Virus record (IMG/VR): IMGVR_UViG_2531839446_000015
Strand: one strand, 5' to 3'
Source: a virus
Lineage: Duplodnaviria; Heunggongvirae; Uroviricota; Caudoviricetes
DNA: 30,340 nt
Within the stretch, counting starts at the first letter, position 1. Each line of letters starts with the position of its first letter. Made by a program: the position numbers and the translations under genes. A model generated the notes under the pieces. It was given only the letters and a program-made list of their open reading frames with translations. It ran no database searches and was not told the origin of the DNA. This document shows positions 7,941-17,116 of the stretch, piece after piece.

Positions 7941-9002
7941 TCATGCCGCACCCTTATCCGTTGATTCTGTGTAACTTAAATCAAAGTTAAGGTGTAGCCT
8001 TTCCGGTATTTCGGGATCATTGTTAACGGCCAGCATAAAACGGCGCTGGATGGGGGCAATTTCGCTTTTCTTGTAAATGCGTTCAGCCTTTTCAACATCC
8101 CCCAGTCCGGCAGTGTTCTGCGGGACAATACCGGCGAGGCCAGCAGGGAAACGGTGAGCGTTCAGAATGTCCTGGGCGCTGATGTTCTTGATGTTGGCAA
8201 ATTCATCCTTTGCGGAAATATCCCCCATTTCAATGAATTTGATGGCGTCGCCGTCTCCACCGGGAATGTTTACAAGGATGGTGGAGAAGTTACCGATCCC
8301 TTTGCTGTCACGCAGCTGCTGTTCAATTTCTTCCTCCATTTCGTCCGTCATGCTGGGATCGCGGGTATAAAGAATACCGCCTGTGTGCGCACCATTGTGG
8401 TAATAGCGGCGTCGGAAAATGACCGCTTCACTGTTAAGTAACGCGGAATGCACACCGCCTATGTAGTCCGGCAGCCCGTAGATATGCTGTTGCGGGTCAT
8501 ACATTTTGATGAAGATAATATCTTCTTCTGGCCATACCTGCGGTTCCCCTTCCTGTAACACCACGTAGTCACCAGGCTTATCCAGGGCGTTATCTCTGAC
8601 TTTGCGGCGGCGAATATACAGACCGGGCAAGGGTTCAAGTGCGATCACGTCACCCCAGCCGTTACGAATTTTGGCAATCGCAATATCCCCAAAGGTTATA
8701 TAGTCAAACGCTGCCGCTTCCAGCTGGTCGTGAATAAGCCCGCCCCCCTGGTAGTCTGAAACAATCATGTTTTTACGGGCGTGAATGATGCCGCCGTGCT
8801 GACCGTTAAGATTAATCAGTTGCGCGAGTGCCAGCCGGTCAATCGGCTGGGTGAAGTGATCGGCGGCATTGTCGTACCAGATATCACGGTAATCTGTGCC
8901 GGTAGTCAGAACTGGTTCAGGTTTGCCGAATGTGATAATGCTCATCTTTTTTGATTTGTCGCCGCGCTGGTCGCGCTTAACAAAGCGTTTCTTTTTACTC
9001 AT
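7941..9002 (-). CDS. Portal protein (P2 gpQ-like)
   Basis: 353 aa; overlaps the large terminase stop; gene order Q-P opposite to O-N-M-L as in P2. Confidence 0.85.
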   Translation of the reverse strand: MSKKKRFVKRDQRGDKSKKMSIITFGKPEPVLTTGTDYRDIWYDNAADHFTQPIDRLALAQLINLNGQHGGIIHARKNMIVSDYQGGGLIHDQLEAAAFDYITFGDIAIAKIRNGWGDVIALEPLPGLYIRRRKVRDNALDKPGDYVVLQEGEPQVWPEEDIIFIKMYDPQQHIYGLPDYIGGVHSALLNSEAVIFRRRYYHNGAHTGGILYTRDPSMTDEMEEEIEQQLRDSKGIGNFSTILVNIPGGDGDAIKFIEMGDISAKDEFANIKNISAQDILNAHRFPAGLAGIVPQNTAGLGDVEKAERIYKKSEIAPIQRRFMLAVNNDPEIPERLHLNFDLSYTESTDKGAA

Positions 9003-10774
9003 GCTGCCTCTTTCCTTACACCCCAGCGGGATTTAGGTTTGTTTTCATAATTAAGGGGTTCGTTATGCAGACCGTGGGTAATCGCCCAGAACGCCTCCGC
9101 GTGGCCGGTATCCTGGCTGCGGTCAGCGACAAACGTCATGGCGTTGCCGCTTTGTGTGGTGGTTCGGCGCACAGACATAAAGCTGGCGGCGATCTCTTTC
9201 AGGTTTTTATCCCACTCAATACGCTGGCTTTCCACCACGTCCACCGCTTTCAGTACCAGCTTATTTTTGGTGTTCAGGTCGTAACGAATAGGGACGGCCA
9301 CGCGCATGGCAAAATGCTGAATGTTGTCAAAAACACCCTGGCCAATGCCGGTAACGTCCACCCCCAGATATGTGAAGTTGTATTTTTTGAACAACTGCTC
9401 GATCTGTTTTGCCTGGTACCGGAAGTTCATGCCTTTCCAGTAAATCACCTTCAGAACGCGGAACTTCTCCACGGCGAGCATCGGTGGGGCGATGATGACA
9501 AAACAGGACAAATCCCCGCTGCGAGCCGGGTCAAAGCCGCCCCACACTGGCCTGTCACCGAATGGCCGCGCTGCATCTGGGTTGTGATCCTGCCAGGTGT
9601 CGATTTCAACGCCGCAGGCTTCCAGGTCGGAAAAGCTGAAAACGGAATCTTTGCTGTCAACGAACACGCACATATAGAGCATGTTAAAAGTGGCGTCGTT
9701 GTAGCGGTTGCGAAGTTTCTCGATGTTCGCCAGGTTGAAACCGCCCGCAATGGCATCTTCCATCGTAATGACGTAGCGCCATTGCCCATCCGGGCAGAGT
9801 CGCCCGCCGTCACGCATTTCGTTAAAGGAAGGAAACTTAATGGCCGCACGTTTTTTACTGCCCTGTTTCCACTCATCGCCCGTCCAGAACGGGTACGCCT
9901 GGTGCGTTTTTGCCGATGGCGTTGAAAAATAGGTGGTACGCCACTTGTCATGCGTGGCCATTGCGCTGGCCACTTCGTTAAGTTTTGCAAAGTTTGGTAC
10001 CCAGAAATATTCGTCACAGTACAGGTGGCCACTGTAGGACTGGGCGGTGTTTTTGTTGGTGGAGAGAAAACGCAGTTCTGCGCCGTTGCTTAAGCGGATC
10101 GGGTTACCGGTCAGCGTAATACCGAAATACTGCTCTGCAATATTCACGATGTAAGACCGGAACACTTCAGCCTGAGCCTTTGACGCTGACAGAAAGATTT
10201 GCGGATCGCCGGTCATCACCGCGTTTTCAAACGCTTCAAACGCAAAATACCAGGTCGCACCGATCTGGCGGCTTTTCAGGATATTCCTGACAAGCTGGCC
10301 AATGTTATTGCGCAGGTGTTTCTGATATTCAAAAAGATGTTCCTCAGCCCATGCGTCAAAGTCCTCCTGCGTCAGCGAGGTAATATCGTTTTTCTTGTAC
10401 TTCCGTTTGCTGCGCGGTTCGTCGTCATTGTTGTCCCGCGCAGCTGCTTGCCCGGAACTCTGACCGCTGGCCATTTTCTCTTTGTGTTTATTACTCTGCG
10501 CACGCAGTTTCGTGGCATGAGCAATGAGCATGTCCATTTCTTTCAGGTCGAGATCGGTTTTGTTATCGCGGCTGGCCAGCAGTTGGTAACGGCGTTCAAT
10601 CGCTTCCTCTGTGCTTTCAAAACTGAGCAAATCCGCCCAGCTGTATTTCTCCGCCCAGTAGTAAACGATCCGCGCATTCGGCAGATTTAATTCAGATGCG
10701 ATTTCCTTTGGCGTATAGCGGCGCAGATAAAGTGCGCGAACAACGCCTTTTAATTCTTCAGAGTATTTAGCCAT
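8999..10774 (-). CDS. Terminase large subunit, ATPase (P2 gpP-like)
   Basis: 591 aa; divergent from the scaffold gene; size and position match P2 gpP. Confidence 0.85.
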   Translation of the reverse strand: MAKYSEELKGVVRALYLRRYTPKEIASELNLPNARIVYYWAEKYSWADLLSFESTEEAIERRYQLLASRDNKTDLDLKEMDMLIAHATKLRAQSNKHKEKMASGQSSGQAAARDNNDDEPRSKRKYKKNDITSLTQEDFDAWAEEHLFEYQKHLRNNIGQLVRNILKSRQIGATWYFAFEAFENAVMTGDPQIFLSASKAQAEVFRSYIVNIAEQYFGITLTGNPIRLSNGAELRFLSTNKNTAQSYSGHLYCDEYFWVPNFAKLNEVASAMATHDKWRTTYFSTPSAKTHQAYPFWTGDEWKQGSKKRAAIKFPSFNEMRDGGRLCPDGQWRYVITMEDAIAGGFNLANIEKLRNRYNDATFNMLYMCVFVDSKDSVFSFSDLEACGVEIDTWQDHNPDAARPFGDRPVWGGFDPARSGDLSCFVIIAPPMLAVEKFRVLKVIYWKGMNFRYQAKQIEQLFKKYNFTYLGVDVTGIGQGVFDNIQHFAMRVAVPIRYDLNTKNKLVLKAVDVVESQRIEWDKNLKEIAASFMSVRRTTTQSGNAMTFVADRSQDTGHAEAFWAITHGLHNEPLNYENKPKSRWGVRKEAA

Positions 10775-10826
10775 GCGGATAATTATGCCGTGGCTGTGAT
10801 GAAAAAACGGTGGTGTTAATTCGTGT

Positions 10827-10855
10827 CTGTTCGGTAAAGCGTTATAACCGAACTG
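10827..10855. promoter_or_regulatory. Inverted repeat in the divergent late-promoter region, candidate activator site
   Basis: GTTCGG (10829-10834) and CCGAAC (10848-10853) separated by 13 nt, flanked by direct CTGTTC repeats; lies between the divergent P and O starts. It does not match the P2 TGT-N12-ACA consensus. Confidence 0.25.
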
Positions 10856-10935
10856 TTCAGAATAAAGCGTAATGCGGTGGCGGTTTTATTTGGCAATAAT
10901 TGATTTGCAGCGTCAGGGAGTGGAACAGGGGGGAT

Positions 10936-11739
10936 ATGTCACATTTAAAAACTGACTGGCTGTGTGTTGCTACTGAAGGGGATACCGTTGACGGCAGGGT
11001 AATTAAACGGCAGTGGATCATTGATATGGGGGAAACCTATGACTATAGCCACTATGTCGCTTTAATCTGGCCAGAACATGAGGATGATTGCGGGAATTTT
11101 GGTGAAGTGCTGGAAGCCACCTGGAATGATGGTGAAGATGGACTGGCACGGTTATATGTCAGCCTTTGCCCGAATATGCGTCTGATTTTCGCAAATCATG
11201 AAGATCAGCTTTTGTTCTTCTCCATTGAGCCGGAAGAAAACTGGCGCGGTAGCGGGCGTACTTACCTGAAAGGGCTGGCGGTAACAGATACACCTGCCAG
11301 CGTTGGCACCACACGGCTGCGTTTTAGTAGTCGGCGCAATAAATTAACAAAGCAGGGATATTACAGTTGTGTAATTTCCCGTGACGGAAAAATTAAACAG
11401 GAAGCAAGAATGAAGAACTGGCAGAAACGGTTTGGTATTAAGCCAAAGTTTGAAGATGAAACGCCACAGGATAATCCTGCCCCGGATGAAGATAAATTAC
11501 AGGCGCTTGCCAATGTAGTGAACGATCTGGAAGCGCGAGTGGCGAAAATTGAAAATCAACTGAATGACGTTCAGGGTGATGTTGACACAATCGCTGAAGT
11601 GGTGGATACGCAGGAATTTGCGGCAATCCGCGATAATGCAAAAGAAATCGTAACCCGCTTTAACGATCTGGGTAATAAAAACACCCGTACACCGGGGCGT
11701 ACTATTAAAGATAAAGCCGGGAAATTTAATTTCCTGTAA
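10936..11739 (+). CDS. Capsid scaffolding protein (P2 gpO-like)
   Basis: From ATG 10936: CVATEGDTVDGRVIKRQWI resembles the P2 gpO N-terminus (GVEGDTCDGRVISAQDI); central YLKGLAVTDTPAS matches CYLVGLAVTDDPAS. Confidence 0.8.
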   Translation: MSHLKTDWLCVATEGDTVDGRVIKRQWIIDMGETYDYSHYVALIWPEHEDDCGNFGEVLEATWNDGEDGLARLYVSLCPNMRLIFANHEDQLLFFSIEPEENWRGSGRTYLKGLAVTDTPASVGTTRLRFSSRRNKLTKQGYYSCVISRDGKIKQEARMKNWQKRFGIKPKFEDETPQDNPAPDEDKLQALANVVNDLEARVAKIENQLNDVQGDVDTIAEVVDTQEFAAIRDNAKEIVTRFNDLGNKNTRTPGRTIKDKAGKFNFL

Positions 11740-11801
11740 TTCGCTTTATTGCTGATTAGTCCAGAACATATTTTTAAATCGCTTAATTGCGAGGGAGTTT
11801 T

Positions 11802-12824
11802 ATGCACCTTAATAATCGTGCGCGGGATTTACTGGATAAATACTCGGCGGGGATGGCGCAGCAGTTTGGTGCGCGTGATACCAGTCGATATTTTTCCCTG
11901 AATGACCCGCAGGAAAATGCGCTGCGTCTTGCGCTGCTGGAGTCCGTCGAGTTCCTGAACATGATCACCTGTCTGGATGTTGACCAGCTGAGTGGCCAGG
12001 TGATCTCTGTCGGTTCCTCTGTGCTGCATACCGGCCGCAGCGAAAATGGCCGTTTCATTCGTCAGGTAGGCGTTGACGGTAATGACTATTCCCTGGTTGA
12101 AACAGACAGCTGCGCCGCACTGCGCTGGGATCTGCTTTCTGTCTGGGCAAACGCCGGTAAGGACGAAAACGAGTTTTACAACCTGGTACAGGCATTCACC
12201 ACGCAGGCTTTTGCGCTGGACATGTTGCGCATTGGTTTTAATGGTAAGAGCCGGGCGAAAACCACTGATCCGGTAGCAAACCCGAACGGTGAAGATGTGA
12301 ACATCGGCTGGCATGAGCGTATGAAAACGCTGCTGGGTGGCAATCAGATTATGACCGATCCCGTGGTGCTCGATGAGGCAGGGGATTACAAGTCACTGGA
12401 TGCAATGGCGTCTGATCTGATTAACGCCAAAATCCCGGCACAGTTCCGCAATGACCCGCGTCTGGTTGTCCTGGTCGGTGCCGATCTGGTCGCTGCTGAA
12501 CAGTACCGACTGTATCAGGCAGCAGACCGTCCGACTGAAAAAATTGCTGCGCAGATGCTGGGAAGCACCATTGCTGGCCGTCAGGCCATTATTCCGCCGT
12601 TTATGCCGGGTAAACGCATGGTGGTTACGCCGCTGTCTAACCTGCACATCTACACCCAGCGCAATACCCGTATGCGTAAGGCGGAGTTTGTTGAAGATCG
12701 TAAGCAGTTCGAAAACAAATACCTGCGCAATGAAGGTTACGCGGTGGAAGTACCGGAGCTGTATGCGGCCATTGATGAATCCGCTGTGACAATCGGCAAA
12801 GTCTCCGAACCGGTGGAGGGCTGA
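11802..12824 (+). CDS. Major capsid protein (P2 gpN-like)
   Basis: 340 aa from ATG 11802 (GAGGGA Shine-Dalgarno); canonical position between scaffold and small terminase. Confidence 0.8.
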   Translation: MHLNNRARDLLDKYSAGMAQQFGARDTSRYFSLNDPQENALRLALLESVEFLNMITCLDVDQLSGQVISVGSSVLHTGRSENGRFIRQVGVDGNDYSLVETDSCAALRWDLLSVWANAGKDENEFYNLVQAFTTQAFALDMLRIGFNGKSRAKTTDPVANPNGEDVNIGWHERMKTLLGGNQIMTDPVVLDEAGDYKSLDAMASDLINAKIPAQFRNDPRLVVLVGADLVAAEQYRLYQAADRPTEKIAAQMLGSTIAGRQAIIPPFMPGKRMVVTPLSNLHIYTQRNTRMRKAEFVEDRKQFENKYLRNEGYAVEVPELYAAIDESAVTIGKVSEPVEG

Positions 12825-12827
12825 TAA

Positions 12828-13532
12828 ATGGCACTTTCCCCCGCGCAGCGTCACAGCCAGCGTATTGCAATGGAACAAAAGCTGAAGCGCAGCCAGGCAC
12901 TGGAAACCGCGGAAAGTATGCACCTGCTGATCAGGGCGCTGGAAACGGATGTGGAACACGTTCGAAGTCTGCCTACCATCGCCGATCGCGTCGAGTATAA
13001 ACGCGATGTGCTGTTGCCGCGCTGGGTTCCCACTGTGGAAGCCTATCTGGAGAGTGGCCAGGTGTATGCAAATCCGGTTTTCGCCTGGTGTGTTATCTGG
13101 CTGTTTGACGTGGGCGATCTGGATAAGGCGCTGGACTGGGCTGACATTGCTATCAGCCAGCAGCAGGCAACCCCGGATCGGTTACGCAGCAATTTTCCCA
13201 CTTTCGTGGCGGATACGATGCTGGCATGGGCGCAGGAAACCGCAGGGCGTGGGGAAAGTGTGGAGCCTTATTTCACCCGCACGTTTGAGCGGGTGGCAAA
13301 CACCTGGCGACTGCATGAGCAAGTGACGGCCAAATGGTTCAAGTTTGCTGGTCAGGAGTTGCTACGCAATGACGATGGCCAGAAAACGGCGGCGGGCGTG
13401 GATGATATTGAAACGCTGGAAAAGGCCGATCAGCTGCTGGCTATTGCAGAAAAACACTACTCAAAAATTGGCGTCAGAACGGCACGGCAGACGATTGCCG
13501 CTCGCATCCGAAAATTGACAACACAAGGATAA
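12828..13532 (+). CDS. Terminase small / endonuclease subunit (P2 gpM-like)
   Basis: 234 aa; GGAGGG Shine-Dalgarno; position after the capsid gene. Confidence 0.75.
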   Translation: MALSPAQRHSQRIAMEQKLKRSQALETAESMHLLIRALETDVEHVRSLPTIADRVEYKRDVLLPRWVPTVEAYLESGQVYANPVFAWCVIWLFDVGDLDKALDWADIAISQQQATPDRLRSNFPTFVADTMLAWAQETAGRGESVEPYFTRTFERVANTWRLHEQVTAKWFKFAGQELLRNDDGQKTAAGVDDIETLEKADQLLAIAEKHYSKIGVRTARQTIAARIRKLTTQG

Positions 13533-13538
13533 CAACAA

Positions 13539-13775
13539 ATGAAAGAAAGCCATTTACAAGGTGCACATACCCATACCGTGGGGGCACATAGCCATTCTCT
13601 GGGTGGTGCACATACCCATACCGTGGGGGCACATAGCCATTCTCTGGGTGGTGCACATACCCATACCGTGGGGGCACATAGCCATTCTCTGGGTGGTGCA
13701 CATACCCATACCGTGGGTGCACATAGCCATTCTCTGAGTGGTGCACATACGCACACTTTTAATACTGAGCAGTAA
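13539..13775 (+). CDS. His-rich HxH tandem-repeat small protein (78 aa)
   Basis: AAGGA 9 nt upstream of ATG 13539; protein is MKESHLQ + (GAHTHTVGAHSHSLG)x4 + GAHTHTFNTEQ. Sits between the small terminase and head-completion genes, where P2 has no gene. Confidence 0.45.
   Translation: MKESHLQGAHTHTVGAHSHSLGGAHTHTVGAHSHSLGGAHTHTVGAHSHSLGGAHTHTVGAHSHSLSGAHTHTFNTEQ
13561..13758. repeat. Tandem 45-bp direct repeat, about 4.4 copies
   Basis: Unit GTGCACATACCCATACCGTGGGGGCACATAGCCATTCTCTGGGTG starts at 13561, 13606, 13651 and 13696 (fourth copy with 2 substitutions), then a partial copy; the first three copies are identical. Confidence 0.95.
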
Positions 13776-13871
13776 ACGACTACCGCAAGCCAGGCGGACG
13801 CGGTGGAGGGCAGAACACCTTGTGTGTAACTGCGCCGTGGAAACCGGCCAGTCCGCCTTTTCGGGGGATTT

Positions 13872-14324
13872 ATGTTTAGCGGAAAGCCGCTGGATTATCA
13901 GGATGAACCGCTGACCAATAACGGATTCTGGCCAGACCTGAATCTGAAGGATTTTCAGGCGCAGCGGTCACTACCGCCAGATATTGACGCTGACACCATC
14001 AGCCAGGCGCTACTTGCGGCGGTGGCGGAGGTGAATGCGGAGCTGGAAAACGTGGAAGCCAGCTGGAAAGCGAAAGGCAACACGCTGGCGGCAGAGGTAC
14101 CAGGCGTAAAAATGGGCGGACTGAACAGCCTGTGCGCCCAGTATATGAAGGCCGTTTTTGCCAGGGCAAAAGCGGATCTGCTGGGGGAGTTTGCCACCAT
14201 CGGGCGGCGTGATACCCATCCGGGACAGGAAAGCATGGAAACCCGTGCGGGGTTACTGGCTGAAGCATCGGTGGTGATCCGCCGTATGAAAGGGCTGAAA
14301 CGGGCAACGGTGAAAAAAGTATGA
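13872..14324 (+). CDS. Head completion / stabilisation protein (P2 gpL-like)
   Basis: 150 aa; follows the packaging genes; stop overlaps the next start (ATGA). Confidence 0.7.
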   Translation: MFSGKPLDYQDEPLTNNGFWPDLNLKDFQAQRSLPPDIDADTISQALLAAVAEVNAELENVEASWKAKGNTLAAEVPGVKMGGLNSLCAQYMKAVFARAKADLLGEFATIGRRDTHPGQESMETRAGLLAEASVVIRRMKGLKRATVKKV

Positions 14325-14827
14325 GCCAGACGCAGATCCAGAGCCTGACCGCATTTTTTAAAGAGAATGTCCCGCCCCGTGCGATGCGGTCATTTGACAG
14401 TGTGCTGGATGAGATGAAGTTCATTCCTGCGGCGAAGGATTACGGACTGGGACAATATCGCCAGGCGGTGATCCGATATGACGCGGTTCTGAGCTGGGAG
14501 CGTTTCCCGTATCGCCTGTGCCCGCCGCAGCTGCTTATGTCCTTACTGGCGGCGTGGCTGGATGATGCTGACAGGGAACTACTGGATGAAGTGGGACTGA
14601 GTGAAGCCGAACCGGACTGGGATGTGTCGGTGGAGGATGAGGAAGTGGCCACTGTGGTGCTGACTGTTCCGATGGTGGAAGAACTGGTGATCAGGCAGGA
14701 CGAAAACGGGGCTATTCCGTGGCGGGGTGAGCGATGGTCACTGGTTGAGCCTGAAATCTGGACGGCACTGACCGCCAGTATTTACAGCGTGGATGAGCCC
14801 GGTGCGCCGGTGGGGGATAACGAATGA
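14321..14827 (+). CDS. Tail completion protein, gpR-like (tentative)
   Basis: 168 aa; position before the gpS-like gene; weak resemblance to P2 gpR from memory (LLMSLLAAWLDD against LLIVPVLAWLREN). Confidence 0.4.
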   Translation: MSQTQIQSLTAFFKENVPPRAMRSFDSVLDEMKFIPAAKDYGLGQYRQAVIRYDAVLSWERFPYRLCPPQLLMSLLAAWLDDADRELLDEVGLSEAEPDWDVSVEDEEVATVVLTVPMVEELVIRQDENGAIPWRGERWSLVEPEIWTALTASIYSVDEPGAPVGDNE

Positions 14828-15531
14828 TTGCCGGTGGCGAGCTGAATAAAAAACAGCTGGCCGAATTGCGCAAAGCACTGGCCAGCATGGAGCTGCCGCC
14901 GAGAAAACGGCAGCGTCTGATCTGGCGTCTGGCCAAATATGGCGTGATTGCTGCGGCAAAACGGCATGTGCGCAATCAGGAATCCCCGGATGGCCAGAAG
15001 TGGCCGGGACGTAAGACAAAACGCAAAGGGAAGATGCTGCGCAACCTGCCAAAGCTGCTGCATATCCGTGAAATGCCAGAAATTCAGGCTGTGCGGATCT
15101 ATTTACAGGGCGGCGGATACCGGAACGGGGAAACGCCGGTACCAGCCGGAACGGTGGGTTACGCGCAACAAAACGGAATGCGCGTAAAGGTCAGCCGCAG
15201 TAATCAGCCACGGAAGGCAGAGGCCGGGAAAATGGCGACGCCTGCCCAGGCCAAAAAATTACGGGCGCTGGGGTACCGGGTGAAAACCGGTAAGCGATGG
15301 AAAAAGCCCACACTGGGCGAAATCACCAAAACGATGCCATACAGCCAGGCGGGGCTGCTGATTCGAAAACTCAGCGGTAAAGCCGTGAAAACCAGCTGGA
15401 CAGTGGATCTTCCTGCCCGTGTGTTTCTGGGCATGAATGATGATGAATTTGACAAGGCGCTGGCGCGTCAGCTTCAGGCCATCGGCTTTGGCTGGGACGT
15501 TAAAGCGCAGGATATTAAGGGGAAAGCATGA
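14824..15531 (+). CDS. Virion morphogenesis / tail completion protein, gpS-like
   Basis: Motif ESPDGQKWPGRK matches P2 gpS RSPDGQPWPPLK; 235 aa, longer than P2 gpS (about 150 aa) because of a Lys/Arg-rich central segment. Confidence 0.6.
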   Translation: MIAGGELNKKQLAELRKALASMELPPRKRQRLIWRLAKYGVIAAAKRHVRNQESPDGQKWPGRKTKRKGKMLRNLPKLLHIREMPEIQAVRIYLQGGGYRNGETPVPAGTVGYAQQNGMRVKVSRSNQPRKAEAGKMATPAQAKKLRALGYRVKTGKRWKKPTLGEITKTMPYSQAGLLIRKLSGKAVKTSWTVDLPARVFLGMNDDEFDKALARQLQAIGFGWDVKAQDIKGKA

Positions 15532-16655
15532 CCTGGCCAATTGTGACCGTAAACCAGGTAAATCAGCTGTTGGGTGAAACCAATGAAGTGGAACGCACAC
15601 TGCTGTTTATCGGTTCGGGTACCAAAAATGTGGGGAAAACGCTGGCGGTGAATGCCCAGAGTGATTTTGATTCGCTGCTGGGCGAGGAAGCCAGTCCGCT
15701 GAAAAATGATGTTCTGGCTGCTCTGGCGAACGCTGGCCAGAACTGGTGGGGATTCATTCACGTCCTGCCAGCTGACGCGGAGGCAGATGCCTGGGTGAAA
15801 GCGGTTCTGGCCGCGCAGGTGGTGTGCTCTGTGGAAGGCGTGGTGCTGTCTGACGATGTGACCGCTAAAGCGCAGGTAAATCAGGCCGTGACGTTACGAT
15901 CCACCCTGATTTCAAAGTATGGCCGCTGGGTGTGGTTCATTCTGGCCGCACAGGGAATGCAGGACGAAGAAGCCCAGGCGGATTATCAGGTACGCATGGC
16001 CACCCTTCAGGATGGCATTGCAGAAAAGGCGGTGCAGCTGGTTCCCCGCCTGTGGGGAAATGAACCGGGTGTGCTGGCTGGTCGCCTGTGTAGCCGAGCG
16101 GTAACCATTGCTGACAGTCCGGCGCGGGTTAAAACCGGTGCTCTGATGAATCTTGGCAGTGATGAAATGCCGGTTGATGGTACCGGGGAAGTGCTGGAAC
16201 TGGCCACACTTCAGGCGCTTGAAGCACAGCGTTTCAGTGTGCCGATGTGGTACCCGGATTATGACGGTTTTTACTGGGCTGATGGCCGCACGCTGGATGT
16301 TGAGGGCGGCGATTATCAGTCGATTGAAACCCTGCGCGTTGCGGATAAAGCTGCCCGCCGTGTTCGTCTGCTGGCTATCAGCAAAATCGCGGATCGCTCG
16401 CTGAACAGTACGCCGGGAAGTATCGCCGCACATCAGACACTGTTTGCCCGTCCACTGCGTGAAATGTCCACTGCAGCCAGCATTAACGGTGTGTCATTTC
16501 CGGGTGAAGTGAAGCCGCCGCAGGATGGTGATGTGACCATTGTCTGGAAAAACAAAAAGGCGGTGGATATTTACATTGTGGTGCGCACCTGGGAAGTGCC
16601 GCTGCAAATCACCATCAGTCTGTTACTGGATGCGAGTCTGGAGGCTACAGCATGA
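15528..16655 (+). CDS. Putative tail sheath protein (by position; conserved phage protein, possibly DUF2586-like)
   Basis: 375 aa; lies between the completion proteins and a tube-sized gene; no similarity to P2 FI recognised by eye. The DUF assignment is a recollection only. Confidence 0.4.
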   Translation: MTWPIVTVNQVNQLLGETNEVERTLLFIGSGTKNVGKTLAVNAQSDFDSLLGEEASPLKNDVLAALANAGQNWWGFIHVLPADAEADAWVKAVLAAQVVCSVEGVVLSDDVTAKAQVNQAVTLRSTLISKYGRWVWFILAAQGMQDEEAQADYQVRMATLQDGIAEKAVQLVPRLWGNEPGVLAGRLCSRAVTIADSPARVKTGALMNLGSDEMPVDGTGEVLELATLQALEAQRFSVPMWYPDYDGFYWADGRTLDVEGGDYQSIETLRVADKAARRVRLLAISKIADRSLNSTPGSIAAHQTLFARPLREMSTAASINGVSFPGEVKPPQDGDVTIVWKNKKAVDIYIVVRTWEVPLQITISLLLDASLEATA

Positions 16656-17107
16656 CCAAACGTATTTCGGGTATGTCGTTTGACACCTATATGGACGGCG
16701 ATCTGATCCATATCGAGAAAATCACGCTCGATATTACGGATAACAGCGCTGCCGCCCAGACGCGTGGCGTCCCTGACGGGTATGTGGATGGCGATGTTGC
16801 TGCTGAGGGGGAAATTGAAGTCAGTTCAAAAACACTTCAGGTGCTGACAGCCAAAGCCCGTGCAGCGGGTTCATGGCGTGGGCTTCCCCCACTTGATTTT
16901 CTTTTCTATGCCAAAGCCAGTAGCGAAGAAATGAAGGTGGAGACGTTCGGCAATAAATTGCAGGTCAGCAACCTGCTGGATATTGATCCGAAAGGGGGCG
17001 GCGTGACCACGCACAAAATCAAATATTTCGTGACCAGTCCGAAATTCGTCAACATCAACGGTGTGCCGTATCTGGAAGCGGAAGCCACAGAAAACCTGAT
17101 CGGATAA
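16652..17107 (+). CDS. Putative tail tube protein (by position; possibly DUF2597-like)
   Basis: 151 aa, tube-sized, directly after the putative sheath; ATGA overlap with the upstream gene. Confidence 0.4.
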   Translation: MTKRISGMSFDTYMDGDLIHIEKITLDITDNSAAAQTRGVPDGYVDGDVAAEGEIEVSSKTLQVLTAKARAAGSWRGLPPLDFLFYAKASSEEMKVETFGNKLQVSNLLDIDPKGGGVTTHKIKYFVTSPKFVNINGVPYLEAEATENLIG

Positions 17108-17116
17108 GGGGCAGGG

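Noticed and set aside
8126-8147. cos-like sequence GGCGAGGC...GGGAAACGG
   Set aside because: Partial resemblance to my recollection of the P2/186 cohesive-end sequence, but it lies inside the portal coding region and my memory of the cos sequence is not reliable enough; the real cos is more likely in the 7322-7620 interval.
9065-10032. Long ORFs 9065-9925 (+) and 9451-10032 (-) inside the terminase gene
   Set aside because: Antisense or alternative-frame shadows within a well-supported 591-aa terminase gene; low-complexity translations, no ribosome-binding sites.
13457-13756. Minus-strand and alternative-frame ORFs across the 45-bp repeat array (13457-13756, 13474-13746, 13554-13754)
   Set aside because: The repetitive sequence keeps several frames open artefactually; only the plus-strand frame has a Shine-Dalgarno and ATG and sits in operon context.
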